Shown here one piece after another: positions 1-9,573 of a stretch of 64,000 nt of DNA. Numbering within the stretch: position 1 is the stretch's first letter; each line of letters starts with the position of its first letter. The translations under genes and the position numbers were made by a program. The notes beneath the pieces are model-generated. The model was not told the origin of the DNA. It saw only the letters and a list, made by a program, of their open reading frames with translations, and made no database searches. This DNA is from Algibacter sp. GTDB lineage: Bacteria > Bacteroidota > Bacteroidia > Flavobacteriales > Flavobacteriaceae. Location of the stretch: assembly GCA_039985655.1 (NCBI GenBank), contig JBDWSF010000002.1:54047-118046 (forward strand), in the 5' to 3' direction.

Positions 1-542
1 ACAGTAAATTCTTTGGTTATGCATTTCCTATCTCGTCAGAAGCCGACGTAAAACTCCAATTAGAAAAATTAAAAAAACAGCATCATTCTGCAAGGCATTG
101 GTGCTATGCGTATCAATTAGGCATAGAAACCATTGCTTTTAGAGCAAATGATGATGGCGAACCTAGCAACTCTGCAGGAATGCCTATTTACGGTCAAATT
201 CAATCTTTTAATGTGACAAACATTTTAATCGTAGTGGTTCGTTACTTTGGTGGTGTTAAATTAGGTGTTGGTGGTTTAATAAATGCCTACAGAACGTCTG
301 CTCAAATCACTTTAGAAGCCACAACTATTTTAGAAAAAACGATTAATATTGATTACAACATATCGTTTCAGTATAAAAATATGAATAAAGTGATGCGTAT
401 TATTAAAGAGAAAAAACTCAAAATAATAAATCAAAAATTAGAATTGGGTTGTGATATTCTTATTTCAGTAAGAAAAAAAGATGCTCATTCAATTTTTGAA
501 ATTTTCAATGCTTTATTCGAAATTAACATCAAAAAAAATTAA
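1..542 (+). CDS. YigZ/IMPACT-family protein (UPF0029), 5' end outside the window
   Basis: The frame-3 reading frame is open from base 3 with no stop before the listed ORF (SKFFGYAFP...HHSARHWCYAYQLG...NDDGEPSNSAGMPIY...VVRYFGGVKLGVGGL). These are typical YigZ/IMPACT N-terminal motifs. Confidence 0.75.
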   Translation, partial: SKFFGYAFPISSEADVKLQLEKLKKQHHSARHWCYAYQLGIETIAFRANDDGEPSNSAGMPIYGQIQSFNVTNILIVVVRYFGGVKLGVGGLINAYRTSAQITLEATTILEKTINIDYNISFQYKNMNKVMRIIKEKKLKIINQKLELGCDILISVRKKDAHSIFEIFNALFEINIKKN

Positions 543-943
543 TCTAAACCATCAATAGCATCCATAATATACTTTGGAGCTCTAACAGGTTTATTCGTTT
601 TTGTATCAATAAATACTAAAATCGTACTTGCAGTTGTTAAAATCGCACCGTTTTCGTTAGTAATTTCATATTCAAATTCAATCTTTGCAGATGGTCTATT
701 TTTTAGTTGAGTTTTTACATTAATTACATCATCATAACCCACTGATTTTTTATAGTTTATACTCAAAGAAACAACGGGAAGCATAATACCATTTTCTTCC
801 ATATCTTTATAAGAAATCCCTAATTTCCGCAACCACTCAATACGCCCCATTTCTAGATACAATGCATAATTACCATGATAAACGACGCCCATTTGGTCTG
901 TTTCACCATATCTCACTCTTATTTGTATTTCATCGAATTTCAT
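539..943 (-). CDS. acyl-CoA thioesterase, 4HBT/YbgC family
   Basis: 134 aa. The N-terminus RVRYGETDQMGVVYHGNY...YLEMGRIEWLR is the hot-dog-fold thioesterase signature. Confidence 0.8.
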   Translation of the reverse strand: MKFDEIQIRVRYGETDQMGVVYHGNYALYLEMGRIEWLRKLGISYKDMEENGIMLPVVSLSINYKKSVGYDDVINVKTQLKNRPSAKIEFEYEITNENGAILTTASTILVFIDTKTNKPVRAPKYIMDAIDGLD

Positions 944-1135
944 AGTAGTAATTAATTTATTTTTTGTAGTTTCGGCTAGAGCTTAAACATGAGGAAAAAA
1001 TTCTAGAAATTCAATAGTAAATGATTTTTTTTTTAAGATTTTTGTTCACATATTTGCATCAGTATTGAGGGGGGAATATAAATAAGCCCATTTATATTCA
1101 CAAAACTAACTAACAAACCATAAAAATAAGATTTA

Positions 1136-2563
1136 ATGAGTATAACTGCGCAATCGGTATGGAACAATTGTCTAGAATTCATAAAGGATAATATTCAACC
1201 GCAAGCATATAAAACTTGGTTTGAACCAATAAAAGCAGTTAAACTTACTGATAATGCTTTAAGCATTCAAGTCCCTAGTAAATTCTTTTACGAATGGCTC
1301 GAAGAGCATTATGTAAAAATCCTTAAAGTATCGTTAACTAAAGAACTTGGAGAAAAAGCCAAACTTGTTTACATTATTAAAATGGAAAACACGTATGGTA
1401 ACAAACAACCTTTTACGGAAAAAATTCCGAGTTCAAATAGATCTTCAGTAAAAGCTCAAGATGTTGATATTCCTTTTAACAATAGAAGCCCAGAATTACG
1501 AAATCCTTTTGTTATCCCTGGAATTAGAAATGTGAAAATTGAATCTCAATTAAACCCAAATTATAGTTTTGAAAACTTTTTAGAAGGTGATTCTAATCGT
1601 TTAGCAAGAAGTGCTGGTTTAGCAGTTGCTGCAAAACCAGGAGGAACGTCTTTTAATCCCTTATTAATTTTTGGCGGTGTTGGTTTAGGTAAAACACATT
1701 TAGCGCATGCTATTGGTGTCGATATTAAAGACAAGCATCCAGAAAAAACAGTTTTATATATTTCTGCGGAAAAATTTACACAGCAATATATAGATTCCGT
1801 AAAAAAGAATAACAGAAACGATTTTATTCATTTCTATCAAATTATTGATGTGCTTATCATTGATGATGTTCAATTCCTTTCAGGAAAATCAGGAACACAA
1901 GATGTATTCTTTCATATATTCAATCATTTACACCAAAACGGAAAACAAGTGATATTAACTAGTGATAAAGCACCAGTTGATATGCAAGATATCGAGCAAC
2001 GCTTACTGTCTCGTTTTAAATGGGGGCTTTCGGCAGAATTGCAGAATCCTGATTTTGAAACTCGTGTTTCTATTTTGAAAAACAAACTATATCGCGATGG
2101 TGTTGAAATGCCTGATGATATTATTGAATATGTTGCTAAAAACATCAAAACAAACGTAAGAGAGCTTGAAGGTGCTATTATATCTTTAATTGCTCAATCT
2201 TCTTTCAACAAAAAAGAAATCACGATTGAATTAGCAAAAACTATTGTAGAGAAATTTGTTAAAAACACAAAACGTGAAGTTTCTATAGATTATATACAAA
2301 AAATTGTGTCAGACTATTTCCAAATGGATGTAGACACTTTACAATCTAAAACACGTAAACGTCATATTGTACAAGCAAGGCAATTAGCTATGTTTTTTGC
2401 AAAAAAACTAACTAAAGCATCTTTAGCGAGTATTGGCTCTCAAATAGGGAAACGTGATCACGCTACTGTATTACATGCTTGTAAAACAGTCGACAATTTA
2501 TCTTCAACAGATAAACAATTCAGAAAATACGTTGAAGATATTACCAAAAAGCTTTCAGTATAA
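1136..2563 (+). CDS. dnaA: chromosomal replication initiator protein DnaA
   Basis: 475 aa. It has a Walker A motif (GGVGLGKTHL), the IIDDVQFL box, a sensor region and a C-terminal DNA-binding helix (GKRDHATVLHA). Confidence 0.97.
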   Translation: MSITAQSVWNNCLEFIKDNIQPQAYKTWFEPIKAVKLTDNALSIQVPSKFFYEWLEEHYVKILKVSLTKELGEKAKLVYIIKMENTYGNKQPFTEKIPSSNRSSVKAQDVDIPFNNRSPELRNPFVIPGIRNVKIESQLNPNYSFENFLEGDSNRLARSAGLAVAAKPGGTSFNPLLIFGGVGLGKTHLAHAIGVDIKDKHPEKTVLYISAEKFTQQYIDSVKKNNRNDFIHFYQIIDVLIIDDVQFLSGKSGTQDVFFHIFNHLHQNGKQVILTSDKAPVDMQDIEQRLLSRFKWGLSAELQNPDFETRVSILKNKLYRDGVEMPDDIIEYVAKNIKTNVRELEGAIISLIAQSSFNKKEITIELAKTIVEKFVKNTKREVSIDYIQKIVSDYFQMDVDTLQSKTRKRHIVQARQLAMFFAKKLTKASLASIGSQIGKRDHATVLHACKTVDNLSSTDKQFRKYVEDITKKLSV

Positions 2564-2575
2564 ACATATTCATTT

Positions 2576-3028
2576 ATGGTTAAAATTCTAATGGTTTGCC
2601 TAGGTAATATTTGCCGCTCTCCATTGGCCGAAGGTATTTTAAAATCGAAACTACCTGCACATCGTTTTTCAGTTGATTCTGCTGGAACAGCCAGCTATCA
2701 TATTGGGAATTCTCCAGACAAACGCTCTATTGCAGTGGCTAAAAAATATGGCTTAGACATCTCAAACTTAAAAGGACGTCAATTTATTGCTGATGATTTT
2801 AAAGTATTCGATCATATATTTGTTATGGATGCTTCAAACCATCAAAATGTTTTAGCATTAACAAGCAGTGAAACCGATAAATCTAAAGTTGAATTTATAT
2901 TAAACGAAGTATATCCAAATCAAAACTATGATGTTCCAGATCCATATTATGGAGGAGATCATGGTTTTGAAAACGTTTATAAAATGCTTGACGAAGCTTG
3001 CACTACAATATCCGAACGCTTAATCTAA
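2576..3028 (+). CDS. low-molecular-weight protein-tyrosine phosphatase
   Basis: 150 aa. It has the CLGNICRSP P-loop (CX5R-S) and the DPYYG motif. Confidence 0.9.
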   Translation: MVKILMVCLGNICRSPLAEGILKSKLPAHRFSVDSAGTASYHIGNSPDKRSIAVAKKYGLDISNLKGRQFIADDFKVFDHIFVMDASNHQNVLALTSSETDKSKVEFILNEVYPNQNYDVPDPYYGGDHGFENVYKMLDEACTTISERLI

Positions 3029-3087
3029 GACTAAATTAAACATATTTAGTACTTTTATTATGCAATCATTTCTTAGAAAATTGACTT

Positions 3088-3804
3088 ATGAATACTGAAA
3101 AAGGGAAACTTTATCTTATACCAACAACTTTAGGCGATAACGAGCCTTTAGAAGTTTTACCCATGTCTGTAAAAAAGATAATAGAGCTTACAGACACGTA
3201 TATTGTTGAAAATGAAAAAACAGCACGTCGTTTTATAAAACGAATCTGCTCAAGCAAAGCACAATCTACTTTAGAAATGTTTCATTTAAACAAGTTTACA
3301 AATAGTAGCATGTTACCGGAGTTTCTAGAACCCTGCTTAAGAGGTATTAATGTTGGTTTATTATCTGAAGCTGGATGCCCCGGTGTTGCCGATCCTGGTG
3401 CAGACATCGTGAAACTTGCTCACGAAAAAGATATTAAAGTGATACCTTTAGTTGGCCCATCTTCGATTTTAATGGCTATGATGAGTTCTGGAATGAACGG
3501 ACAAAGCTTTTCTTTTAATGGTTACTTACCGATAGATAAAGGCGAACGAAAGGCAGAGTTAAAACGACTTGAACGTTTATCTTTTGAGCATAATCAATCT
3601 CAGATTTTTATTGAAACCCCATACAGAAACAATAAAATGCTAGAGGATCTTTATAGCGTCTTAGGGAAAAACACCCATATTTGTGTGGCCTGCGATATTA
3701 CATTATCAACAGAATATATCAAAACCTACACCGCCAACGATTGGAGCAAAAAAAAAGTAGACCTCCACAAGAGGCCTACTATATTTATAATTCATAAAAC
3801 CTAA
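3088..3804 (+). CDS. SAM-dependent methyltransferase, tetrapyrrole-methylase (RsmI-like) fold
   Basis: 238 aa. The motifs GKLYLIPTTLGD, SEAGCPGVADPG and VGPSS are typical of the TP_methylase family. Confidence 0.7.
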   Translation: MNTEKGKLYLIPTTLGDNEPLEVLPMSVKKIIELTDTYIVENEKTARRFIKRICSSKAQSTLEMFHLNKFTNSSMLPEFLEPCLRGINVGLLSEAGCPGVADPGADIVKLAHEKDIKVIPLVGPSSILMAMMSSGMNGQSFSFNGYLPIDKGERKAELKRLERLSFEHNQSQIFIETPYRNNKMLEDLYSVLGKNTHICVACDITLSTEYIKTYTANDWSKKKVDLHKRPTIFIIHKT

Positions 3805-3811
3805 GACGATA

Positions 3812-4477
3812 CTATATTGTAGTTGCTTTAGCTTTTTTATTTGGTTTAAGAAAAGAGGTGTCATAACCAGAAAACCTTTTCATGTAATAACGCACTGTAG
3901 TTCCATAACCATCAGCGAAATTATCTAAACCATAACTTCTTAAATACTTCTTTACACTTCCTGGTCCTGCTAAATGTGCTGCAGCTAAAATACCAGACTC
4001 GGTAACAACAACGCCATTTATACGTTTTCCAACAAAATTCTTAATATCTCGACGCAAAATCCATTTGTTTCTTTGTGCGTTCGCAATAAAAGCTTTTTCT
4101 TGAAGCTTAGGATTCTTTAAAAACTGATCGGTATTATTAATACCTATTAATTTTAAAGTTCCTTTTCCAAACTGGTATTTCCCTAAATACCCATAAGTAT
4201 TAACGGTAAAATAATTACCACCAGATTCTTTAAAGGCTAACGCCTCTTTAAAACCAACAAAAGATTTCCCTAAATACGGAGAAAATGTTTTGTTTCCTTC
4301 TTTAGATGCCAAAGTATTATCTTTAATACCTCCATCAAGACTTACTGTATAATTTAATACTAAGCCTTCTGTTGAATACTTACCTAGGTCTATATCTTCA
4401 TTAGATGAAAACGAAACCATTAACAATACAATAATTGTTAATGTTAGACTTAAGATACTTGTAATATTCTTTGTCAT
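3812..4477 (-). CDS. secreted or membrane-anchored hypothetical protein with an SLT-like (lytic transglycosylase-like) motif
   Basis: 221 aa with an N-terminal hydrophobic anchor. FKESGGNY...GYLGKYQFG resembles the catalytic E-S ... G-L-M-Q block of SLT domains. Confidence 0.4.
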   Translation of the reverse strand: MTKNITSILSLTLTIIVLLMVSFSSNEDIDLGKYSTEGLVLNYTVSLDGGIKDNTLASKEGNKTFSPYLGKSFVGFKEALAFKESGGNYFTVNTYGYLGKYQFGKGTLKLIGINNTDQFLKNPKLQEKAFIANAQRNKWILRRDIKNFVGKRINGVVVTESGILAAAHLAGPGSVKKYLRSYGLDNFADGYGTTVRYYMKRFSGYDTSFLKPNKKAKATTI

Positions 4478-4587
4478 GTTTTCTAAATTTCTTCAGCGCT
4501 ATTAGTTTAAAAAGCACCTGAAAATTTGAGCGTGCAAAAGTAGCCTATTTTTTAGTATTATCAAAATTAATCGTTTATCAACCAAAA

Positions 4588-5499
4588 TCAGTTGTAGAAT
4601 AGATGAAATACACACCCATTTTTATTGATTTCTAATGTTGGAAACGGTATTTTTATCATATTAAAAAGGTCTAAAACAGTTCTTAAAAAGGGAGATTTTG
4701 TTTTAATACTATTCAAATTTACATCAAAACTTAAATAGTACTGCCTACACCTCGGAATAGTTGTTAACAACTGATTGTCAACATCTCTAGATCCCGTTAA
4801 CATACCGTCTGCACCATAGCCAAACGCTACATTTAACCACTTTGGCACTTTGCTTTCTTTAAAAAAAGCATGCACATTTGCACTTAGCCAATAGGTTTGT
4901 CCGTTATAATCTTTTAAGACCTCCTCTAAAAAACCCTCACCAAGCTTATCTGGGCGTATTTTAGCATATCGCGTTTGATGAAAAGAGTACTTTAGCGCTA
5001 CTCGCTGCTCTTTCCATAGTAATTCTTGTCCAATATACAAACCTGTTCCTGCTGCATTTGCTGCGATATCACCCCAAGAAAAACCCCATTCTGAAGAATA
5101 CCCATCTAACATTTCGACAGCTGTTAAAAAACCAAAACCTAAAGTTGCGCCATAAATTAATTGATTCTTTTCGCTTACACCACTCCAATTTAATAATTGA
5201 GCACCATGCTTTCCTAATTGATAGGATGTAAATACATGCCCCATTTTATCCATTTGAAGCCATTCTTGGTTATCATTCAAAGTATGGAAGTTAGAGCGCT
5301 CAAAATCGGCATACCAAAGTTGATCTAAAGCTAATAAAGTTAAGCCCGTAAAAGCGACTTCGGAAATTACAACTGTATTCCTGCGTTTGACGTCTAAGCT
5401 ATCACTTGGTGTTAAAAACGTATTGAAAGCTGATTGCGAAAATAAACAGGTAGATAATAAGACAAAGGTGATTGTATATACAGTCCTAGAAAATAGCAC
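4588..5499 (-). CDS. DUF2279-like (YfiM-like) exported protein
   Basis: 303 aa with a signal peptide. The WYADF...DKMGHVFTSYQLG pattern is recalled from DUF2279 proteins that often neighbour mltG in Flavobacteriia. Confidence 0.4.
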   Translation of the reverse strand: MLFSRTVYTITFVLLSTCLFSQSAFNTFLTPSDSLDVKRRNTVVISEVAFTGLTLLALDQLWYADFERSNFHTLNDNQEWLQMDKMGHVFTSYQLGKHGAQLLNWSGVSEKNQLIYGATLGFGFLTAVEMLDGYSSEWGFSWGDIAANAAGTGLYIGQELLWKEQRVALKYSFHQTRYAKIRPDKLGEGFLEEVLKDYNGQTYWLSANVHAFFKESKVPKWLNVAFGYGADGMLTGSRDVDNQLLTTIPRCRQYYLSFDVNLNSIKTKSPFLRTVLDLFNMIKIPFPTLEINKNGCVFHLFYN

Positions 5500-6542
5500 T
5501 ATTTAGTTATGCCTTGAGATGATAAATACCTTTGATATTCTCTAGCATTTACATTATGCTGAGACAGTGTTTTAGCAAATTTATGAAACCCGAAACGTTT
5601 GGCATTGGCCGCAAAATAAAGATATTTATGGGTTTCAAAATTTAATACGGCATCGATAGCCGAAATATCTGGCATAGCAATAAGCCCTGGCGGTAAACCT
5701 CTATTTTTATATGTATTATAAGGAGATTCAATGTCTTTATGCACATTTAAAACACGTTTTATAACCGTGTTTTTATATTTAGGAAGCTTATATGCTGCAA
5801 ATTTTAAGGTAGGGTCTGCTTGTAAAGGCATCCCTATTCGTAACCTATTCATATAAACACCTGCTATTCTAGGTTGCTCTGTTGCTTGTTTAGATTCTTC
5901 GTATACTATAGATGCCAATGCAATGACTTTATCCCTAGACAAACCAATAGCTTTGGCTTTTTTATTTCTAGCATCATTCCAAAAACGGTTATACTCAGCT
6001 AGCATACGATCTCTAAATTTTTCTGCAGACGTATTCCAAAAAAACTCGTAACTATTAGGTAAATACATTCCTAATCGCGTGGCTTCATTAAAACCTTGTT
6101 TCTTTAAAAAAGCATCATCTTTCATCGCTTTTAATATCGATACACTATCCGCTTCAATTTGAACACTAATTCTTCCTGCTAGCTTCTCAAGTGTTTCCTG
6201 GTTATTAAAAGACACTTTTACTGGTAAACTTTTAATTCGGATAGAATTAATAATATCATTATTATTCATTCCTTTTTTGATAGCAAATTTCCCCGCCTTA
6301 ATATTCGCAGTATACTTTTTTCTTTCTGCTAAAGCATCAAAGGCATCAATATCTAACAAAAGGGGTTCTAATTGTAATCGAACATCTTTATAACGATCTG
6401 TTGACTTCACATAAATAAAAGCGCTATCATTATTAAAGGCCGTATTGGGCGTAAACATGGTATTATACACAAAATACGCAAAAATTGCAGCGGCTACAAG
6501 TCCTAAAATCGCGATGGTAACAAGTATCTTTTTTATATACAT
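5499..6542 (-). CDS. mltG: endolytic peptidoglycan transglycosylase MltG (YceG family)
   Basis: 347 aa with an N-terminal TM helix. ASIVYEESKQATEQPRIAGVYMNRL...MPLQADPT and NTYKNRGLPPGLIAMP are YceG hallmark blocks. Confidence 0.85.
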   Translation of the reverse strand: MYIKKILVTIAILGLVAAAIFAYFVYNTMFTPNTAFNNDSAFIYVKSTDRYKDVRLQLEPLLLDIDAFDALAERKKYTANIKAGKFAIKKGMNNNDIINSIRIKSLPVKVSFNNQETLEKLAGRISVQIEADSVSILKAMKDDAFLKKQGFNEATRLGMYLPNSYEFFWNTSAEKFRDRMLAEYNRFWNDARNKKAKAIGLSRDKVIALASIVYEESKQATEQPRIAGVYMNRLRIGMPLQADPTLKFAAYKLPKYKNTVIKRVLNVHKDIESPYNTYKNRGLPPGLIAMPDISAIDAVLNFETHKYLYFAANAKRFGFHKFAKTLSQHNVNAREYQRYLSSQGITK

Positions 6543-7067
6543 TTAATTATTTATAAGCTGAAATAAATATTCGTTTTTATAAGAACTATTGACATAGTTC
6601 CAATCTTTTTTTAGTCCGATTTGCTGAAAACCTTTATTAGTAAATAACTTAATACTCGTTTTATTTTCTTCAGAAATATTACAATATAATTGATGCAATC
6701 TTAAATGCGAAAAACTATAGTTAATAAGTAATCGCAGTGCTTCTTGTCCGTAGCCTTTATTTCGATTAATTTCATCTTTAACCAAAATCCCTACACCTGC
6801 CCTTTTATTTTTAAAATCAAAATCAAACAAATCTATCAAACCCAAAACCACATGATCAGAACTCGAAATAACCAATCGTAATTGTTTGACTTCAAAAATA
6901 TCTTTATGTGCATTTTCTAAATATTGTTTAATTAAAAATCTAGAATACGGGGTTTGAGTGTTACTTATCTCCCAGATAGATTCATCATTTTCAATAGTGT
7001 GAATAAAGTCTAAATCTTCTGGCTCTAAGGCTCGTAAATAAATATGTTCTCCTTTAAGGGTTATCAT
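6543..7067 (-). CDS. GNAT-family N-acetyltransferase (RimJ/RimL-like)
   Basis: 174 aa. It has an LR.LE.EDLDF start and the acetyl-CoA-binding block RNKGYGQEALRLLINY. Confidence 0.8.
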   Translation of the reverse strand: MITLKGEHIYLRALEPEDLDFIHTIENDESIWEISNTQTPYSRFLIKQYLENAHKDIFEVKQLRLVISSSDHVVLGLIDLFDFDFKNKRAGVGILVKDEINRNKGYGQEALRLLINYSFSHLRLHQLYCNISEENKTSIKLFTNKGFQQIGLKKDWNYVNSSYKNEYLFQLINN

Positions 7068-7834
7068 ATATGTCCTTGAAAAACAAGTTTAGCTGGTCCT
7101 ATTAACCAAATATTAGAATATGCGCCTTCTTCAACATCAAAAGACACTTGTAATTTGCCGCCTTGTACGTTTAAATTTATCAAACTTTCAGTTGTTTTCT
7201 CTCTGGCATGCATGGCTAAAGCTACTGCAGTAACACCTGTACCACAAGACAAAGTTTCATCTTCTACACCACGCTCATAAGTACGCACTCTAAAAGTCTC
7301 ATTATTGATCTTTTTTACAAAATTAACGTTACTTCCTATTTCATTGTATGGTGCACCATATCTAATTTCCGCGCCAATAGATTTAATATCAAAATCTTCA
7401 ATATTATCTTCAAATTGCACATGATGCGGAGAACCTGTATCTAAAAACACATGGTTTTCATACTTTTCAACCGTATCAACATCTCCCATATGAAGTTTCA
7501 CAATACCATGAGAAATAGTTGCATTATGCACACCATCTATAGCTTCAAAAGTTGCACTATCATTTATTACGCCTAATTGTTTTGCAAAAGCAACGGCACA
7601 TCTAGCACCATTACCACAAAAACTCTTGCTCGCATCAGCATTATGGTAAATCATTTTAAAATCTAATTCATCATGATTTTCTAATAAAATAAGTCCATCT
7701 GCCCCTATTCCAAAACGTCTATCACATAAAAAAGTGATTCGTTCGGTGTTATTTTTATCGAATGTTTGCTGACGATTATCAATCATCACAAAGTCATTCC
7801 CTGTTCCTTGGTATTTATAAAAAGTCTGTTGCAT
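7064..7834 (-). CDS. dapF: diaminopimelate epimerase
   Basis: It has YQGTGNDFVMIDNR and both catalytic Cys blocks (FCGNGARC and SCGTG). I placed the start at the second ATG (MQQTFYKYQG); the listed ORF begins 12 nt upstream at 7846. Confidence 0.9.
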   Translation of the reverse strand: MQQTFYKYQGTGNDFVMIDNRQQTFDKNNTERITFLCDRRFGIGADGLILLENHDELDFKMIYHNADASKSFCGNGARCAVAFAKQLGVINDSATFEAIDGVHNATISHGIVKLHMGDVDTVEKYENHVFLDTGSPHHVQFEDNIEDFDIKSIGAEIRYGAPYNEIGSNVNFVKKINNETFRVRTYERGVEDETLSCGTGVTAVALAMHAREKTTESLINLNVQGGKLQVSFDVEEGAYSNIWLIGPAKLVFQGHI

Positions 7835-8026
7835 AATAAAGCACAAATATATAAAACTTAAATCGTTTTTTCGGTTGTTAAATAGGCGTTAAAGTTGACG
7901 TTAAAAAATCGTTAAAACGATATTTATGATTCAATAAATAATTAATTTTAATCGTTATTAAGACTCAAACCTTAATAATACAAATACAATAACTGATAAA
8001 AGAAAAAATTAAAACATTTGAAACAC

Positions 8027-9433
8027 ATGAAGAAGATTTTATCATTAGTACTGGTTTCTGCCTTAGGAGGCGCATTAACCCTCGGAACATATAAACTATT
8101 TTTAGAAGAAAAAAAGACTGTAGTTGTTAATACTACTGAAGCAAAACCTGCTTTTATACCAACTACAAATACAGGTAGTGTTTATAAAGCTTATGAAACT
8201 CCTGACCTGACAATAGCTGCTGAAAACACAGTAAATGCCGTGGTACACGTCAAAAATGTAACGCTAAGCTCTGGACAAATGAGTTTTGAAGATTTATTTT
8301 CTGGAAGACGCCCACAACAACGTGCGCAAATGGGAACAGGTTCTGGTGTTATAATTACACCAGATGGTTATATCATTACCAACAATCATGTTATTGATAA
8401 TTCTGAAGAGTTATCTGTAACCTTAAATAATAATAAAACGTATAAAGCTAAAGTTATAGGAACAGACCCTAAAACAGACATTGCGTTATTAAAAATTGAA
8501 ACTGACAAAGAATTACCTGCAATTGCCTTCGGGGATTCTGATGATGTAAAAATTGGAGAGTGGGTATTAGCTGTTGGGAATCCTTTTAACTTAACATCTA
8601 CAGTTACTGCTGGGATTATCAGTGCTAAAGCTCGTAATTTATCAGGCAGCAACACACAATCTTTTTTACAGACAGATGCCGCAGTAAACCCAGGGAATTC
8701 TGGTGGAGCTTTAGTAAATACTAATGGTGAATTGGTAGGCATAAACACTGCTATATCCTCACAAACAGGATCTTATGTCGGATATTCTTTTGCTGTACCT
8801 AGTAATATTGCTAAGAAAGTGATTGAAGACATTATGGAATATGGCAATGTGCAAAACGGTATACTTGGTATTCAAGGTGGCACATTAAATAGTAGTGCTG
8901 CCGAACAAATTGGAGTTGAAGATACACAAGGATTCTATATTGATAGTGTGGTTGAAGGTTCTGGAGCAGAAAAAGCAGGATTAGTAAAAGGTGATATTAT
9001 TAAAGAAATTGATAACGTAAAAATCTCTAAGTTCTCAGATTTGAGTGGTCATTTAGGTGCGAAACGCCCTGGAGATCTTGTTAATATTATGTATTCTAGA
9101 AATGGAGATTTAAAAACAATCCCTGTAGAATTAATAAAAAATGAAACATTTATACTTCCACTTATTGGTCAAGTTAAAAATGCGAAACCAAAAGAATTAG
9201 AGAAAAACAACACATCGCATGGTATTAAAATAGCAAAACTAAATGATAATTATGCCGAGTACTGGGGAAAAAACGGAGTAAAAGAAGGCACTATTATTAC
9301 CGCTATTAACGATCAAAAAATAAATTCTGTTGATGATCTTCAAAATATAATGAAAAATCATTCGTCGAATAAATCATTAAGAATAGAATTAATTAACAAA
9401 AATGGCGAAAAAGAACGCTATAATTTCAGATAA
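8027..9433 (+). CDS. HtrA/DegP-family periplasmic serine protease with PDZ domains
   Basis: The catalytic triad blocks are TNNHV, DIALLKI and GNSGGALVN, followed by two PDZ-like regions. The listed start at 8018 is a TTG, so I used the ATG at 8027 (MKKILSL signal peptide). Confidence 0.9.
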   Translation: MKKILSLVLVSALGGALTLGTYKLFLEEKKTVVVNTTEAKPAFIPTTNTGSVYKAYETPDLTIAAENTVNAVVHVKNVTLSSGQMSFEDLFSGRRPQQRAQMGTGSGVIITPDGYIITNNHVIDNSEELSVTLNNNKTYKAKVIGTDPKTDIALLKIETDKELPAIAFGDSDDVKIGEWVLAVGNPFNLTSTVTAGIISAKARNLSGSNTQSFLQTDAAVNPGNSGGALVNTNGELVGINTAISSQTGSYVGYSFAVPSNIAKKVIEDIMEYGNVQNGILGIQGGTLNSSAAEQIGVEDTQGFYIDSVVEGSGAEKAGLVKGDIIKEIDNVKISKFSDLSGHLGAKRPGDLVNIMYSRNGDLKTIPVELIKNETFILPLIGQVKNAKPKELEKNNTSHGIKIAKLNDNYAEYWGKNGVKEGTIITAINDQKINSVDDLQNIMKNHSSNKSLRIELINKNGEKERYNFR

Positions 9434-9460
9434 AATCAGCCCATTTTTAGGATTACAAAT

Positions 9461-9499
9461 AAACCTCTTTAAGCAAAATTAAGGAGGTTTATTTTTTTT
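9461..9499 (+). terminator. intrinsic terminator after the htrA-like gene
   Basis: AAACCTCTTTAA/TTAAGGAGGTTT forms a stem with one mismatch, followed by ATTTTTTTT. Confidence 0.7.
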
Positions 9500-9573
9500 G
9501 CTCAATAGCTTACGAAAACGTTTGAAATATAGTATTTTTGAAAAATAAACAACACAACTAAACTATTTAAACT

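Noticed and set aside
1924-2148. Antisense or overlapping ORFs from the six-frame track lying inside well-supported genes. They are 1924-2148, 8386-8748, 10070-10270, 10566-10916, 16052-16252, 16635-17063, 18407-18595, 19687-19917, 20851-21114, 28461-28676, 29456-29653, 32084-32278, 33119-33358, 38032-38319, 40304-40573, 41749-42048, 42684-42935, 46747-46953, 50675-50944, 52284-52523, 58773-58985 and 62762-62959.
   Set aside because: Each lies entirely within, or mostly opposite to, a long ORF with clear family motifs. Their translations are low-complexity or hydrophobic shadow sequences with no recognisable motifs. Such ORFs are typical frame shadows in AT-rich genomes.
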